The notes under the pieces were generated by a model. The model made no database searches and was not told the origin of the DNA. It was given only the letters and a program-made list of their open reading frames with translations. Shown one piece after another: positions 49,446 through 59,810 of a stretch of DNA of 64,000 bases (within the stretch, counting starts at the first letter, position 1; every line of letters begins with the position of its first letter). The translations under genes were made by a program, and so were the position numbers. The DNA is from Candidatus Cloacimonadales bacterium. GTDB taxonomy: Bacteria > Cloacimonadota > Cloacimonadia > Cloacimonadales > JAFGVF01. The stretch is taken from positions 736,001-800,000 of the forward strand of contig CAXXOU010000001.1 in NCBI GenBank assembly GCA_963677495.2, in the 5' to 3' direction.

Positions 49446-49575
49446 TCTTTTTAGGAAGTCCGTTCTCCCGTTGGTCGTGACAAACTCCCTAAAAAGAGGT
49501 AGCTCAGCAGTCCCGGCTGAGGATAACGTCCCGGAGAGACGTTTTACGGGGTTGGTGCATTCCAAAGTAAATCAC

Positions 49576-49604
49576 AAAAAAAGCCTACCGGAATCGGCAG
49601 GCTT
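49576..49604 (-). terminator. Intrinsic terminator
   Basis: AAGCCTACCG-GAAT-CGGCAGGCTT hairpin with an A-run. Confidence 0.72.
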
Positions 49605-49625
49605 AAAATATATTTAAGAACCTTA

Positions 49626-50168
49626 TTATTTCTTATTGGAGTTCATACCTAAGATAAGACCAAGAACAACTGACCATAGAGCAGCTAAACCAATCTGATA
49701 GGTTTTTGGAAGCATGAATGTGACTGTATGTGCAGGAATCCAAAACCAGATAAGACTCATCATGGCTTTATCCAAACCTTTCCAATTCTTCTCTTTGAGA
49801 GGAATATTATCAAGAACTCTGTGTCCGAGAACCAAGGTTAAACCAAACTGAAGGTTCATCAAGGCTGACACCATAAATGCGAAGGCAAAAGTTCCCGGAA
49901 CTATCTTATCAACCATACTTGGGAAGAAGTGATGGATAATGGCAGGTATCTGTCCTTCAGCGTATCCGACGAAGGCTCCTTTGATTAAAACAGCCAAAAT
50001 AACCCACTGAATCATCTTCCATAATGAGATCATTGGACTGAAGGGTAAAAATATTTTCTTGGCAAAAATCCATTTAGATATAAATTCGCCCAGAGTACCT
50101 AAAATGGCAAATTGAATCATAGCCATGTATATGGGATGAGCTTTAACTGCGGTAATGTACCAGTTCAT
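49626..50168 (-). CDS. Membrane protein, Mpv17/PMP22-like
   Basis: QFAILGTLGE and WFWIPAHTVTFMLP motifs; about 4 TM segments. Confidence 0.6.
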   Translation of the reverse strand: MNWYITAVKAHPIYMAMIQFAILGTLGEFISKWIFAKKIFLPFSPMISLWKMIQWVILAVLIKGAFVGYAEGQIPAIIHHFFPSMVDKIVPGTFAFAFMVSALMNLQFGLTLVLGHRVLDNIPLKEKNWKGLDKAMMSLIWFWIPAHTVTFMLPKTYQIGLAALWSVVLGLILGMNSNKK

Positions 50169-50372
50169 ATTGTCTCCTGTATATTATTAATGCTAAATGA
50201 CGGAGTCGAAAAAATGTCTAATGCGTCAAGCAATTAATATTTGATTGAGTTACCTTAGAGGAGGATATCGGTTAACTTATTAGGAACGATAATTTAAGTA
50301 GTAGTGTTGCAAGATGCAACGGATTATATTTTTAACCATACTTTAAGGAACTTGTTTTTAACAGGAGGAAGA

Positions 50373-53300
50373 ATGAAAGCAAGAAGTTTGCTCTGCTTTC
50401 TATTACTGTTTGTGGTAAGTACTGCGTTTGCAGTAATGGAAGTAAGACTAGAAACCGATGATAGATTACAGCTTAGTTTTAAGCTAGATGAATATACTAT
50501 TGTAGAATCTGACACCTATAGTCAGATAAATATTGATAACCTAATGTGGGATAGCCCTGCCGGTACTCCTGAAATTCCATATTATGAGTTCAACGTAGCA
50601 GTCCCTAAAGATGGAGACATTGCTGTTAGTTTAACCACTCTCCAAACTGAAACAGCTAATCTGACTTTACCATTACGACCTGCACCGGAAGTAAGACGTG
50701 GTAAAGAGGTAAGTGAATATCACTATGAAATGAGTGAAAACTACGGTCAATATCAAGGGGATATTCGCATTGATAAAGGTGAATATACTGAGTATAGACG
50801 TTCTGCATTTGTTCCCGTAAGACTTTATCCCATCAGCTATAATGCATCAAGCAATACATTAGATATAGGTATTAAGTTTGATATTAATATCAATATTCTG
50901 GGTAATACGAGAGCAAAGAATAATCATACAGCTAAAGAAGCGAATAGAATCTCACATCTTGTAGTTAACTCCGGTTCAGCAAAGAGCTGGAAGTTGCCTA
51001 GAGAAGAATCAGACATCAACTTTATTGATTGGTCACTTTCTAACCATTGGTATAAATTTAGCACATCCGAGCAGGGAATCATGGAGATAACTGCTAGTGA
51101 TTTAAGCGAATTACCACTGGATGATATCGACCCCAGAACCATTAGAATTCACTCAACTGGTGGTAAGATGTTATCATACCAAGTTGATGAAATGGGTTAT
51201 CAATTAGAGGAAATTCCAATTCTTATCGAAGGAGAAGATGACGGTTCTTTTGATAGTTCAGATAGGATTATTCTCTATGTTGAAGGCCGTGACCTTACAA
51301 GGAAAAACTTAGCCCTTGGTCAATCCTACTATAAGAATCCATATTCAAGTGATACAGTGTATTGGCTTACCTTTGGTGGTAGCTTTCCTGAAGCACCAAA
51401 ACGATTAAGCTATTTGCCAACCTATAGTACTGAAGATATAGAAAGAACTTTTACCAGCTACCCATTTAAGGTACGCAGAGAAAATGAACGCCAAAGACGT
51501 ACCCAAATGGGATTCGAGTGGTATGACTATTTAATGAGTGGAAGTTCATCAGCTACTTATGATTTCAATCTCAATGCTGAAGATGTCTCAGCTGAACAAG
51601 GTGTTTATAAACGATTCGAGATGTCAGTAAGAGAAACGGATTCAGACTTTAATGCATCTACTCATAGAATGGATGTTGACTTTAATAACGAAACAATTGC
51701 TACTTTAACCTGGTTAGGAGCTTCAGCTAAGTTTGTTAGTGTAGTTAACTTTACTCCTGTTAGTGGTAGCAATGCAATTGAGTTGACTGTTAATAGATCC
51801 GGTTCAGATGATATCTTACTTGATTATATAAATATGACCTATTATAGGGACTTAATAAAGCGTTCCGGTAAGCAATACAAACTATCAATTATGGATTTTG
51901 ATGAGAATCAGGTCACCGATTTTAGATTCACTAAAGACAACAGTGAAGATGTGTTTGTCTTGCAGGCAGATGACTTTAACAAAGCTTGGTTGGTTCACCA
52001 CGAAATGGATGGGAATGATTTTAACTTTATTGCAAATTGTACCCAGGTTGGTGGTGAATATACTGAAGAAACAGAGTATATTATAGCATCTCCTGATGAT
52101 TTTATTGAACCGGGAGCTATAGAAGCATACTATCCGGAAGATTTGTCAGTAGCAGAAGCTGTTGACTATCTCATCATTACACCTCAAGAGTTCTTCAATC
52201 AGGCTGATAGATTAGCTCAAATATATAGTAACAACCGTAACTTAAACTGTAAAGTTGTAACTATGGAAAGAGTTATTGATCAGTTTAATGGTGGCATGGA
52301 TGACCCCGGTGCTATAAGAACATATATCTACCATGTGGATAGAGTTAACCCAAGCTCCGAAGATATGTCTGTTGTTCTTATAGGATCCAGTACTTACGAT
52401 TGGAGAAACAATTCCGGTGGTGCTGCCGATAAGAATAAGATGCTTATGTATCAGGAAGGTTCTGTTGCTAGTGACGATTACTTCGTGATGCTTCGCCAAA
52501 ATGCCAGACCTGAACTTCCGATTGGTAGAATTCCGGCTCAAAACGAACAGCAATTAGAGCTGCAAATTGATAGAATTGAGGAATGGAACACAAGCATCAA
52601 TCCGGGTTGGTGGCGAGATACAGTACTGTTTCTTGCTGATGATGACGAAAACGGTGAAGCTTCAGGAGAGTATTCACATACAAGACAAGTTCAAGAGGCT
52701 TCTGAAGTTATCAATCGAAGCGTACTAGTTGAGAAGATATATGCAATTGACTATGAAATGGATGAGTATAAAAAGAAACCTCAAGTTAAAAATAAGTTTG
52801 TAGAAGAGATAAACGAAGGTGCGTTGATATGGTATTATGTTGGTCATGGTTCTTACGATAAACTTGGAACAGAAGACTATTTCAGTGCAATCACAGATAT
52901 TGATAAATTAGATAATACTGATAAGTTAAACTTGTTTATCGCTGCATCTTGTGATGTCGGGCAATTCGATAGCTATAATTTTGATTCATTAGGCGAACAA
53001 CTTCTATTTGCTGATAATGGTGGTGCTATTGCTACTATCTCAGCTACTAGAGAATGTTATGGTAATCAAAATACGTCTCTTATTGAGTTTTTCTTTATCC
53101 ACAACTGTAATGAGAGGCTCTCTATAGGGGAATCACTTATGCTTGCGAAAGCTCAGTCTTCATATGCATCAAATGATAAGAAATATATACTGCTTGGTGA
53201 TCCGTTATTACATATTGTACCACCGGCTGTAGATAACTCAGTTACAACTTCATCAGTAGATGGTATCTTTAACTCTAGAGAAAAGATAGTGCTTGAAGGT

Positions 53301-54236
53301 CAATTTATAAACAGTTTATCAAATGGTGTTGCAGAATTCAGAGCTATCGATAATGATAAGTTCAGTGTTATGCCTGATTTGAATCAATACGCTGTAAATG
53401 GATTACCGTACTACAATGGTGAAGTTAGCGTGAAAGATGGTGAGTATGAATCAACATTTATCATCCCTGATGATATTAGCAATGGTGAGTTAGGTAGAAC
53501 GCTTGCCTATTTCTATGATGAAACTCAGAAGATGGATTTTGTTAGTGTTCTCACTCCGATTTCCTACAGCGATGATCATGTTCAGGTTACAGATACAACA
53601 CCTCCGGTAGCCGAAATCTGGATTGACAATGAAAGTTTTCAGACCGGTGATAGTGTTAGTAAAGAACCTCTATTCCATGCAACTATCAGTGATGAATCAG
53701 GTGTAAATACATTAGGTGCACCTGGTCATAAGATACTTCTCGATTTAGATGACAACAGTGCTTTGTACGACTTTACAGACCACTTCATCTATGACACAGA
53801 CTCATACCAGCAGGGAACCTTAGAAGTAACTCTAACTGATCTGGAACCCGGATATCATAGAGCAACGCTGATTGTATTTGATAATTATAACAATCCATCA
53901 GTCACAACAGTTGATTTTGAGACAACTGATCAGAAAGGTTATGCTTTACATGATTTCCTTCCATATCCTAATCCAATGCCAAAATCAGGTGGTGACTTTA
54001 CTTTCAGAGTAAACGAGTTATCTGATTATACAATAAAAATCTATACTATCTCCGGTAAGAAGATTCGAACTTTAAAGGGTTTCGGAAACGGATTTATCCA
54101 AGTTCCATGGAATGGTAGAGATGACAGGGGAAGCAAGCTTGCAAACAATACTTACTTCCTAAAACTGAAAACAAAATCACGATTTACAAATAAGAGTCTT
54201 GAAAAGACGCAGAAACTTGTAATCTTCGATAAATAA
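50373..54236 (+). CDS. porU: C25 (gingipain-family) peptidase, type IX secretion sortase PorU-like
   Basis: NPYSSDTVYWL, DYLIITP, ASDDYF, IGRIP, YVGHGS, ASCDVG, LLGDP, DTTPP..DESGVN; YPNP CTD; RBS AGGAGG before 50373. Confidence 0.85.
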   Translation: MKARSLLCFLLLFVVSTAFAVMEVRLETDDRLQLSFKLDEYTIVESDTYSQINIDNLMWDSPAGTPEIPYYEFNVAVPKDGDIAVSLTTLQTETANLTLPLRPAPEVRRGKEVSEYHYEMSENYGQYQGDIRIDKGEYTEYRRSAFVPVRLYPISYNASSNTLDIGIKFDININILGNTRAKNNHTAKEANRISHLVVNSGSAKSWKLPREESDINFIDWSLSNHWYKFSTSEQGIMEITASDLSELPLDDIDPRTIRIHSTGGKMLSYQVDEMGYQLEEIPILIEGEDDGSFDSSDRIILYVEGRDLTRKNLALGQSYYKNPYSSDTVYWLTFGGSFPEAPKRLSYLPTYSTEDIERTFTSYPFKVRRENERQRRTQMGFEWYDYLMSGSSSATYDFNLNAEDVSAEQGVYKRFEMSVRETDSDFNASTHRMDVDFNNETIATLTWLGASAKFVSVVNFTPVSGSNAIELTVNRSGSDDILLDYINMTYYRDLIKRSGKQYKLSIMDFDENQVTDFRFTKDNSEDVFVLQADDFNKAWLVHHEMDGNDFNFIANCTQVGGEYTEETEYIIASPDDFIEPGAIEAYYPEDLSVAEAVDYLIITPQEFFNQADRLAQIYSNNRNLNCKVVTMERVIDQFNGGMDDPGAIRTYIYHVDRVNPSSEDMSVVLIGSSTYDWRNNSGGAADKNKMLMYQEGSVASDDYFVMLRQNARPELPIGRIPAQNEQQLELQIDRIEEWNTSINPGWWRDTVLFLADDDENGEASGEYSHTRQVQEASEVINRSVLVEKIYAIDYEMDEYKKKPQVKNKFVEEINEGALIWYYVGHGSYDKLGTEDYFSAITDIDKLDNTDKLNLFIAASCDVGQFDSYNFDSLGEQLLFADNGGAIATISATRECYGNQNTSLIEFFFIHNCNERLSIGESLMLAKAQSSYASNDKKYILLGDPLLHIVPPAVDNSVTTSSVDGIFNSREKIVLEGQFINSLSNGVAEFRAIDNDKFSVMPDLNQYAVNGLPYYNGEVSVKDGEYESTFIIPDDISNGELGRTLAYFYDETQKMDFVSVLTPISYSDDHVQVTDTTPPVAEIWIDNESFQTGDSVSKEPLFHATISDESGVNTLGAPGHKILLDLDDNSALYDFTDHFIYDTDSYQQGTLEVTLTDLEPGYHRATLIVFDNYNNPSVTTVDFETTDQKGYALHDFLPYPNPMPKSGGDFTFRVNELSDYTIKIYTISGKKIRTLKGFGNGFIQVPWNGRDDRGSKLANNTYFLKLKTKSRFTNKSLEKTQKLVIFDK

Positions 54237-54286
54237 ACTCTTAACGAGGAGTGGTTAATACCACTCCTCATTTTATTAAGGTATCT

Positions 54287-55309
54287 ATGCTTAAATCAAA
54301 CCTACTCCTACTAAACAGAATATTTAATCCTCACAGGCTAGTGAATGCGATAAAAATATATTCCTCACTGTTCATCTCAAACATTTCGAAGAAAGCAGTA
54401 GTTTGGGGATATCCAACTGCTGTTATGATTGAACCGACCAATATTTGTAACCTTAAATGCCCTCTGTGCCCATCAGGAAATGGCACTTTACAGAGAGCTA
54501 AAGGTTTTATGGATTTTGAAGTTTATAAGAGCATTATTGATCAAATTTGTAGATATAGCTATCTAGTTGTGCTTTGGAATCAGGGTGAATCTTTTTTGCA
54601 TCCTCAATTTGTTGAGATGATAGATTATGCTAACAGTAAAGGATTATACACTCTCTCTTCTACTAATGCTAACACAGATTTAGATGCAGAGAAGATAGTG
54701 AAGTCGGGATTGGATAGACTCATTGTTTCAATGGATGGAACTACCCAGGAAACCTATAATAAATATAGAGTTAATGGTAAACTTGATAAAGTAATTGATA
54801 ATATCAAAGCTATCAGGGAAGCGAAGAAAAGACTTAAATCCAGCACACCTATTGTAGAACTTCAGTTCTTGGTACTTCGTCATAACGAACATGAAATTGA
54901 CGATATTCGAAAGCTTGCTAAAGAACTTGAAGTTGACCAGTTACGTCTTAAAACAGCTCAGATATACTCAAAAGAGGATATTACTACCTTTCTTCCTCTA
55001 AATCCTAAATTTAGAAGATACAAAATTATTGATGGAGATTTTGAGCTGAAGTTTGGTATAAAGAATCGTTGTAAGCGTATCTGGGAAAACCCTGTAATCA
55101 ATTGGAATGGTGATATGGCTGTTTGTTGTTTTGATAAAGAGGCATCGATTAAGCTTGGAAACATAAAAGAGCAAAGCTTTAAGCAGTTATTTCAAGGAAA
55201 AAGATTCAATAGCTTTCGACAGGCAATACTAAAAAACAGAAGTAAGTTTGAAGTCTGTAGAAATTGTGGAGAGGGTGTTAGACTCAGTATCGAAACAAAG
55301 AATAGTTAG
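54287..55309 (+). CDS. Radical SAM / SPASM domain protein
   Basis: EPTNICNLKCPLC (CxxxCxxC); GES; C..W...NGD..CCFD..C..C SPASM/twitch motifs. Confidence 0.9.
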   Translation: MLKSNLLLLNRIFNPHRLVNAIKIYSSLFISNISKKAVVWGYPTAVMIEPTNICNLKCPLCPSGNGTLQRAKGFMDFEVYKSIIDQICRYSYLVVLWNQGESFLHPQFVEMIDYANSKGLYTLSSTNANTDLDAEKIVKSGLDRLIVSMDGTTQETYNKYRVNGKLDKVIDNIKAIREAKKRLKSSTPIVELQFLVLRHNEHEIDDIRKLAKELEVDQLRLKTAQIYSKEDITTFLPLNPKFRRYKIIDGDFELKFGIKNRCKRIWENPVINWNGDMAVCCFDKEASIKLGNIKEQSFKQLFQGKRFNSFRQAILKNRSKFEVCRNCGEGVRLSIETKNS

Positions 55310-55317
55310 AGGAGAAT

Positions 55318-55770
55318 ATGGACAAAAGAAAGCGCTACCAAAGAATAGAGTCACAATTTAGAGATTTGCTTAAGAAATGCCCTAATATGCTCGCCAGGAT
55401 GGCTACCTTGTCAGCCTTGCTACATCATAAACTCGAGAACTTGTCATGGACCGGATATTATCATATGGTTGATGGAACTCTTACAGTACTATCTTATCAA
55501 GGACCGGTTGCTTGTCAGGAACTTGCCAAAGATGTGGGAGTTTGTTGGGCAGCTATCAATGAAAAGAGAACGCTTGTTGTGCCTGATGTGCATAAGTTCC
55601 CGGGTCATATTGCCTGTGATAGCAGAACGAACTCTGAGATTGTTGTGCCAATATATAATCAAAATGGTGATTTTGTTGCAGTCTTAGATATTGATAGTCA
55701 CCAATTCAACACATTCGATGAAGTGGATAAAGAGGAGTTAGAAAAGCTGATTAAGCTGATGTACTCTTAA
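55318..55770 (+). CDS. msrC: GAF-domain free methionine-(R)-sulfoxide reductase
   Basis: WTGYY, YQGPVAC, GVC, VPDVHKFPGHIACD and SEIVVP..LDIDS motifs. Confidence 0.85.
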   Translation: MDKRKRYQRIESQFRDLLKKCPNMLARMATLSALLHHKLENLSWTGYYHMVDGTLTVLSYQGPVACQELAKDVGVCWAAINEKRTLVVPDVHKFPGHIACDSRTNSEIVVPIYNQNGDFVAVLDIDSHQFNTFDEVDKEELEKLIKLMYS

Positions 55771-55776
55771 GGTAAC

Positions 55777-56874
55777 CTACTCAATCTCCCCATCCTCATA
55801 CATCTGTTTCTTTCCACCGGAAATTATCAGTAGGATTACAGCGAAGGCTACTGATATTCCTATAACATACAATATCGAGTAACTGTAATCTCCGTATCTA
55901 TAGGCTCTGAGGGCATATACGCTATACAGGATAACACCAAACACCCAGACTTTTACCAAGTATGGGAAGATCATTATGCGTATCCAAATCGCACCAAGTA
56001 TATCAAGCATCGGAAACAATATTAAGAACAGATTAAATACAGTAAGGATCACCATTGTTGGAGCTGTCACAAAATCACCATAGAGCAAGTACACTCCTAA
56101 CAAGTGAAGTATTGAAATAGCTGTAATGTAGATAAACATTCTATGTGAACCTACAATTCCTTCGATTACTCTACCGGCAACTACTAGCATAAATACTGAG
56201 ATAGTGCGTGAGTACTCATCAAAAACAAATAGTTGCTTGAAAACATCAACCGAACCTAAACTATTCATATCGGACAATGACTTGAAAAAACCTGTATAGT
56301 TATATAAAATAGAACACAGAATAATTAAGGCTGTATAGATGTATGTAATGACTGCACTGTTCTCAAAATATGGTCCATTGATTAATTCAGGAAAGAACAT
56401 ATGACGAAGCGTAGCTTGTTGCTTCAAAGGCGTAAACATATGCTTGTTTTCTGAGTATGCTTTATTGAGTGTTTTCTCTCCGTCTAAGTTCTTCTCAATA
56501 TCCCTAAAGTCTTTCTTAAAGTTTTTCCTCTTAAAATCCGGGACTTTCCGCTTTGCCATCGGTATTTCATCTAAAGACTTAGCAGGAAGTACTGCATAGT
56601 TACAATAGGAACACACTTCCACAATCGGAGTTCCACTCAGTGAACTCACTCGTTTCGATTTCATTGCTAAGCCACAACCGGGACACGCAGTTCCCATACT
56701 CCCATTATCAGTAACATCCTGCCTTAATGCCAAAAGAGAAGCTCTTTCTCTACCGTTCATTAGAAGAGTGGAAACACTAACAACTGCATGATTACAATTG
56801 GGGCATAAGTATAGTATATCAGGATTTTCAGGTACAGGAATCATCTCAACTGTGCATTTAGGACATTTTGGCAT
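55777..56874 (-). CDS. Double zinc-ribbon plus rhomboid-like membrane protein
   Basis: CPKC..CPNC and CPGC..CSYC; TM region with G..IE..VG; no GxSG visible; RBS GGAGGT before 56874. Confidence 0.6.
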   Translation of the reverse strand: MPKCPKCTVEMIPVPENPDILYLCPNCNHAVVSVSTLLMNGRERASLLALRQDVTDNGSMGTACPGCGLAMKSKRVSSLSGTPIVEVCSYCNYAVLPAKSLDEIPMAKRKVPDFKRKNFKKDFRDIEKNLDGEKTLNKAYSENKHMFTPLKQQATLRHMFFPELINGPYFENSAVITYIYTALIILCSILYNYTGFFKSLSDMNSLGSVDVFKQLFVFDEYSRTISVFMLVVAGRVIEGIVGSHRMFIYITAISILHLLGVYLLYGDFVTAPTMVILTVFNLFLILFPMLDILGAIWIRIMIFPYLVKVWVFGVILYSVYALRAYRYGDYSYSILYVIGISVAFAVILLIISGGKKQMYEDGEIE

Positions 56875-56984
56875 ACATACCTCCATAGAAACAACACTCA
56901 TCATCTTTTGTATGTCAATATAAAGTTTGTAACTGTATATACTATGGGCAAGGTTTATTGAAAGTTTAATAGTCGAATAAATAT

Positions 56985-57015
56985 AAAAAGACTACCGAGA
57001 GTATCGGTAGCCTTT
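56985..57015 (-). terminator. Intrinsic terminator
   Basis: AAAG.CTACCGA..TCGGTAG.CTTT hairpin. Confidence 0.72.
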
Positions 57016-57036
57016 AAGTTTATAATGAAAATGAAA

Positions 57037-59700
57037 CTATTTAAGCAGTAACATCTTCCTTGTTTTAGTGTAGGAACCTTTAGCAAGTTTATAGAAGTAA
57101 ACACCTGATGGAACAGGTTTGTTATCACTATCTTCACCATGCCAAATGATTGTGTGTCTACCGGCATTCATTGAACCTGATTTCAGAGTAGTGATTTTCT
57201 GACCAAGAAGGTTATAAACAGATAAATCAACATCCCCTGCTTCTTTCAAATTGAATGAGATAGAAGTAACAGGATTGAATGGGTTAGGGTAATTCTGTTC
57301 CAATGTAGTCATAATAGGAACTTGAGTCTCATCTGAGTTTGGTACAGCACCATTAGCTGAAAGAATAACAAAGTTTTCAACTAAGAGAAGTTCACTATCA
57401 TTATCCGAAACACAATTAATTGCAATACGAATATCGGTGCCGGTGTAAGCTGTAAGCATAACTCTTTGCATAGTCCAATCTGCACCTGCTTCGATAGGTG
57501 AATCACCAGATACTTCTATAAAATCAGCCGGATCTGTACTGCCTTCAGAAACTAGAACCCTGAACTTCATAGGTTGGTTACCATATGACCTTTGGTAGAA
57601 TTGTACGTAACTACCACCATCGATATGAACTTCTGGAGAGATAAACCAATCATTGTTGTTTACACCATCAGCTCTAATTGCAGCAAGTGTATGATAACCT
57701 GACATAGCGACAATATCTTCATCAGGGAAAAGAGTTCGTGTATCTACAATGCCGAAACCACCTGTTGTACCTTCCCAAGGGATATCGAAATCAGCTAAAT
57801 CAACGTTGTTAACGCCATCTTCATCAAGACTAATCCAGTTTGGGATAATCATATCACCATGGTTAAAGCCTTCAAAGTCTTCTGCTACAATAGTTATTGG
57901 GTTAGCTATTTCTACATAATACTCATCAACAGCCCAGCTGCCGTCAGTTCCGTTAGCTTTTACACCAACTAATAGCTGACCTGTCTGTGTTCCGGTTGCA
58001 TAATCAAACTCCCAAGGACCTTCAGTAAGAGTTTGAGCAAGTGTTCCATTGATATAAAACTCAACATTCTCAAGGTTATCAAGACTGTTCCAAGGATCAG
58101 CAACAATATGAACAGTTTCTCCTTGAAGATATATTGAGCCAGTTACCGGTTCTAACATTTCACAAGTTGTATAAGGGATGTCCATATCAAGGAAACTAAA
58201 AGTAATATCACCATCAACTGTTTCGTTGATATAAGTTATAGGTTTATTAGTAGGTTGTCCAGCCCAGCTTAAACTGTTTGGATTACTCCAGTCATGGAAA
58301 GAGTTTATCTGCATAGTACCCGGAAGTGGGCATGATGCAGAGTTGATATTGCCATTATAAGCTTTAGGATAAAAGCCTTGATGCGCAGTGTTGTTTAAAT
58401 TATTTTGTGGAGCATGATCCATTACATGGTCTTCATCAAAGTGATAGATTATCAGACCATGCCCTGGTACATCACCATTAAAGCTAATCTGCTGTCTATT
58501 TTCAAGAACGTAGAACTCATTATTTGTAGTTGTTTCAAAGATATAGAAATCATGAGCTTCATTAGAGTTTTGTATTGTAATATCTGTAATGTCAGTGTAT
58601 TGGTCTAAATCAGTGAACTCACACCATCCGTAATATTGTTTCATTAACGGGTTATGATGAGCAGGAAGTGAACCACCGGGGCTACCATTCCATGAACCAC
58701 CGGCCATGAGGTCCCACTGACCTGTACCGGGATAACTACCACCTGTTTCATAATCAGTATCGTAGAAGTCAGGTGCACCGAGGTTGTGACCAAACTCATG
58801 ACACATTACACCAATAGTACTAATATTACCATTATAGATTTCAGGTTGGGATGTATACGCACCAACAGTTACACCGTCATAAGTAACTTCTTCTCCATAA
58901 TAGATTAAGTTTGAGCTATGTGACCATATATCAGTAGGATCACCTGATGCTTCTTGACCGGGACCTTGGTGGATGATAGCAATACCATCTACCCAGCCAT
59001 CATTATCATTATCAAACTGTGAGAAATCAAGTCCTGCAGCTTCAGCAGCATCAACAGCATGACGAGTAAACAAACCCCAGTTATTCTGATAGTCATCATG
59101 TCCCCAAGGAACAGTAACCCATTCAGTTACGACTGTATTGACTGTCAGCTGATTATGAGATACTTCATGATAATAATCTCTAAAACTTCCAATACCATTG
59201 TAGTTCTCTGAATTCATATAAGCATCAAAGTCTGCTTGTGCAAATTGAGTGTTTGTGTCACTAAAGTTAGCAAGAATCATAAGAAGGTTGTTTGTTCCAA
59301 CTGAAGGGAAGCCATCTCTTGTTTGTCTAGGGACTGGAATGTTTTCTTTCATACTTTCAATCTGTCTTCTACTAAAGAAGATATCTTTCTCAACTTGACC
59401 AAGAAAAACCTGTTCTCTCTCAGTTCTTAACTCCGGATTTCCGGCTACCATTCCAGACGCAACCATATCTCCATTATCGTTAAGCATTGCATAAACTTTA
59501 TTTCCATCTTTTGAATTAAGAAGTTTGTAGCCATCGATAGTCTCTGACCAATTGATTCTTTCGTCACCTCTCACATAGATACTTAAATCGGTTCCATCCG
59601 TCTGTTTCCAAGTTGTTAATTCAGGGGATGCCGGGACAGCAATAACGCTTAATACGTTAATAAGTGCTAACGTTAGTAGCAATAATACTTTGTTCCGCAT
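57037..59700 (-). CDS. M6 family (immune inhibitor A-like) metalloprotease with Ig-like, cleaved-adhesin and FlgD-Ig/T9SS-type CTD
   Basis: QTDGT..GDE propeptide; GSFRDYY, IWSH, CHEFGHNLGAPDFYD, WDLMAGGSWN; QNYPNPFNP CTD. Confidence 0.9.
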   Translation of the reverse strand: MRNKVLLLLTLALINVLSVIAVPASPELTTWKQTDGTDLSIYVRGDERINWSETIDGYKLLNSKDGNKVYAMLNDNGDMVASGMVAGNPELRTEREQVFLGQVEKDIFFSRRQIESMKENIPVPRQTRDGFPSVGTNNLLMILANFSDTNTQFAQADFDAYMNSENYNGIGSFRDYYHEVSHNQLTVNTVVTEWVTVPWGHDDYQNNWGLFTRHAVDAAEAAGLDFSQFDNDNDGWVDGIAIIHQGPGQEASGDPTDIWSHSSNLIYYGEEVTYDGVTVGAYTSQPEIYNGNISTIGVMCHEFGHNLGAPDFYDTDYETGGSYPGTGQWDLMAGGSWNGSPGGSLPAHHNPLMKQYYGWCEFTDLDQYTDITDITIQNSNEAHDFYIFETTTNNEFYVLENRQQISFNGDVPGHGLIIYHFDEDHVMDHAPQNNLNNTAHQGFYPKAYNGNINSASCPLPGTMQINSFHDWSNPNSLSWAGQPTNKPITYINETVDGDITFSFLDMDIPYTTCEMLEPVTGSIYLQGETVHIVADPWNSLDNLENVEFYINGTLAQTLTEGPWEFDYATGTQTGQLLVGVKANGTDGSWAVDEYYVEIANPITIVAEDFEGFNHGDMIIPNWISLDEDGVNNVDLADFDIPWEGTTGGFGIVDTRTLFPDEDIVAMSGYHTLAAIRADGVNNNDWFISPEVHIDGGSYVQFYQRSYGNQPMKFRVLVSEGSTDPADFIEVSGDSPIEAGADWTMQRVMLTAYTGTDIRIAINCVSDNDSELLLVENFVILSANGAVPNSDETQVPIMTTLEQNYPNPFNPVTSISFNLKEAGDVDLSVYNLLGQKITTLKSGSMNAGRHTIIWHGEDSDNKPVPSGVYFYKLAKGSYTKTRKMLLLK

Positions 59701-59810
59701 AATCTTCTCCTTTTCTACGTGACAAGATAATCGAAACAGGGGGTTTTATGTCAAAAAATATTTTCTTGCCCAAATGCAATGCACGGAAAATCATGCGTTG
59801 AGGTAACAAA

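Noticed and set aside
45126..49565. Short ORFs 45126-45341, 46339-46533, 47779-47991, 49002-49187 and 49278-49565
   Set aside because: They are translations of REP or palindromic repeat DNA with no coding features.
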